Shown here: one piece after another, positions 63,078-64,000 of the stretch | Position numbering within the stretch: the stretch's first letter is position 1 | Layout: each line of letters starts with the position of its first letter | NCBI RefSeq assembly: GCF_054482595.1 | Contig: NZ_CM137008.1 | Length of the DNA stretch: 64,000 bases | Reading direction: 5' to 3' (one strand) | Program-made: the position numbers and the translations under genes | Notes under the pieces: generated by a model | Database searches by the model: none | What the model was told of the DNA's origin: nothing | What the model saw: only the letters and a program-made list of their open reading frames with translations

Positions 63078-64000
63078 GTTACCCGCTCTTCAATCTCATG
63101 CAATTGATTATGCAATATCGCATTTTCATCCTTTTGCCCGGCTAATGAGTGGGTAAGCGTCTCAACTTCTTGCTGTAATGCGGAGCTCCTGGCCTGGAAA
63201 AACTCAAGTTCCTTCAGAACCCGATCTTTAAGAGAGAATAGGTACTCTTCAGCTGACAGCGTGGTGATCCTATGATGGGCGGCGGCGATAAATTCATCAT
63301 AAAAATCATCACTCTTTGCATCCAGGGCAACAACAAACTCTTTCACTTGCTGATAAAACGGGTGAAATGCCGGACCAGAAATCGTGTTTAAATGCCACTC
63401 AAGGAACACGACAACATAGTTTTTATAATCTCTGAGACGGTGTTCCATCATCCCCTGCTGACAGATAAACGCTTTAAGCGCCACCAATGCTTCAACAGCA
63501 CAGCGGTGCGACTCTGCTCGCGTGGCGGATAGGGATTCACTACGGTTGATGGTATGAGAAATTAACGTTTCATTTAAGACCGAAATTCTGTTCGCCATGA
63601 GCATAAATGCGCAGACGAAGAAAAGATCGTTGGTCGTCCTGATTTCCTGAAAGCGAAGCTGATGACTAGTAATAAATTGACGCCTGAGAAGCTTGTCCCA
63701 TGGCCACCAGACAAAGGTGCGGAAAAAGTCAGAGGGAATATCCTGGGATGAAAAAAACTTGAGATCAGGTAACAGCTCCTGGCGCACTGACCACGGCATC
63801 GGAGCATAAACCTGCAAGGCGGGATCAAAAGACTGGCTGCGACAGATAACGACATCCGCTTGTATATCGCTAGCACGTGCGTACATGCGCTCCAACATCA
63901 TGTTATCGACATAATCGTCGTCATCAAGAAAAATAACGTACTCACCGGTAGCAGCATCCAACCCGATGTTTCTTGAGCCTCCCCCACCAAGATTTGTCGT
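63078..64000 (-). CDS. GT2-family glycosyltransferase fragment: 5' end beyond window, native 3' end replaced by IS903 (ORF track 63047-63961 includes IS-derived codons)
   Basis: Frame open to window end (…TTNLGGGGSRNIGLDAATGEYVIFLDDDDYV… DxD motif); C-terminal heptad-rich region; last 10 codons and stop come from the IS903 inverted repeat. Confidence 0.7.

Overview
This window is an Escherichia coli-type chromosomal segment: about 41.5 kb of conserved core followed by a 22.5 kb mosaic accessory region that begins at the 3' end of tRNA-Ser (serX). All identifications rest on reading the sequence and the supplied ORF translations against remembered protein families; no database search was run. 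Core (1-41460): flagellar region flgK(partial)-flgJ-I-H-G-F-E-D-C-B on the minus strand with divergent flgA-flgM-flgN, then murJ, yceM, yceH, rimJ, mdtH, grxB, yceB, pyrC, dinI, bssS, solA, yceO, yceJ-yceI, trhO, lpxL, mdtG, msyB, yceK, opgG-opgH, opgC, clsC, ymdB, ymdA, the curli operons csgBAC and csgDEFG, ycdZ-ycdY-ycdX, ghrA and serX. ymdB carries a 1-nt frameshift. Accessory region (41461-64000): (i) a GC-rich CP4-type prophage-remnant module on the minus strand, with a CbtA/CbeA-family toxin-antitoxin pair, DUF987, RadC-like, antirestriction, DUF932-like, an antigen 43 autotransporter with its three-GATC switch, and a YeeP-like GTPase; (ii) a solitary type I restriction-modification hsdM whose 3' end is replaced by IS1; (iii) a strongly AT-rich glycan-biosynthesis fragment (a 740-aa GT4-GT2 fusion glycosyltransferase, a divergent putative pyruvyl transferase, and a truncated GT2 gene); (iv) a nest of IS elements (IS256-family remnant, IS5, IS3 interrupted by IS629, IS903). 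The most interesting items are the AT-rich glycosyltransferase locus, the extra 227-aa gene inside the toxin-antitoxin operon, the orphan hsdM, and the ymdB frameshift. No CRISPR array or rRNA was found.
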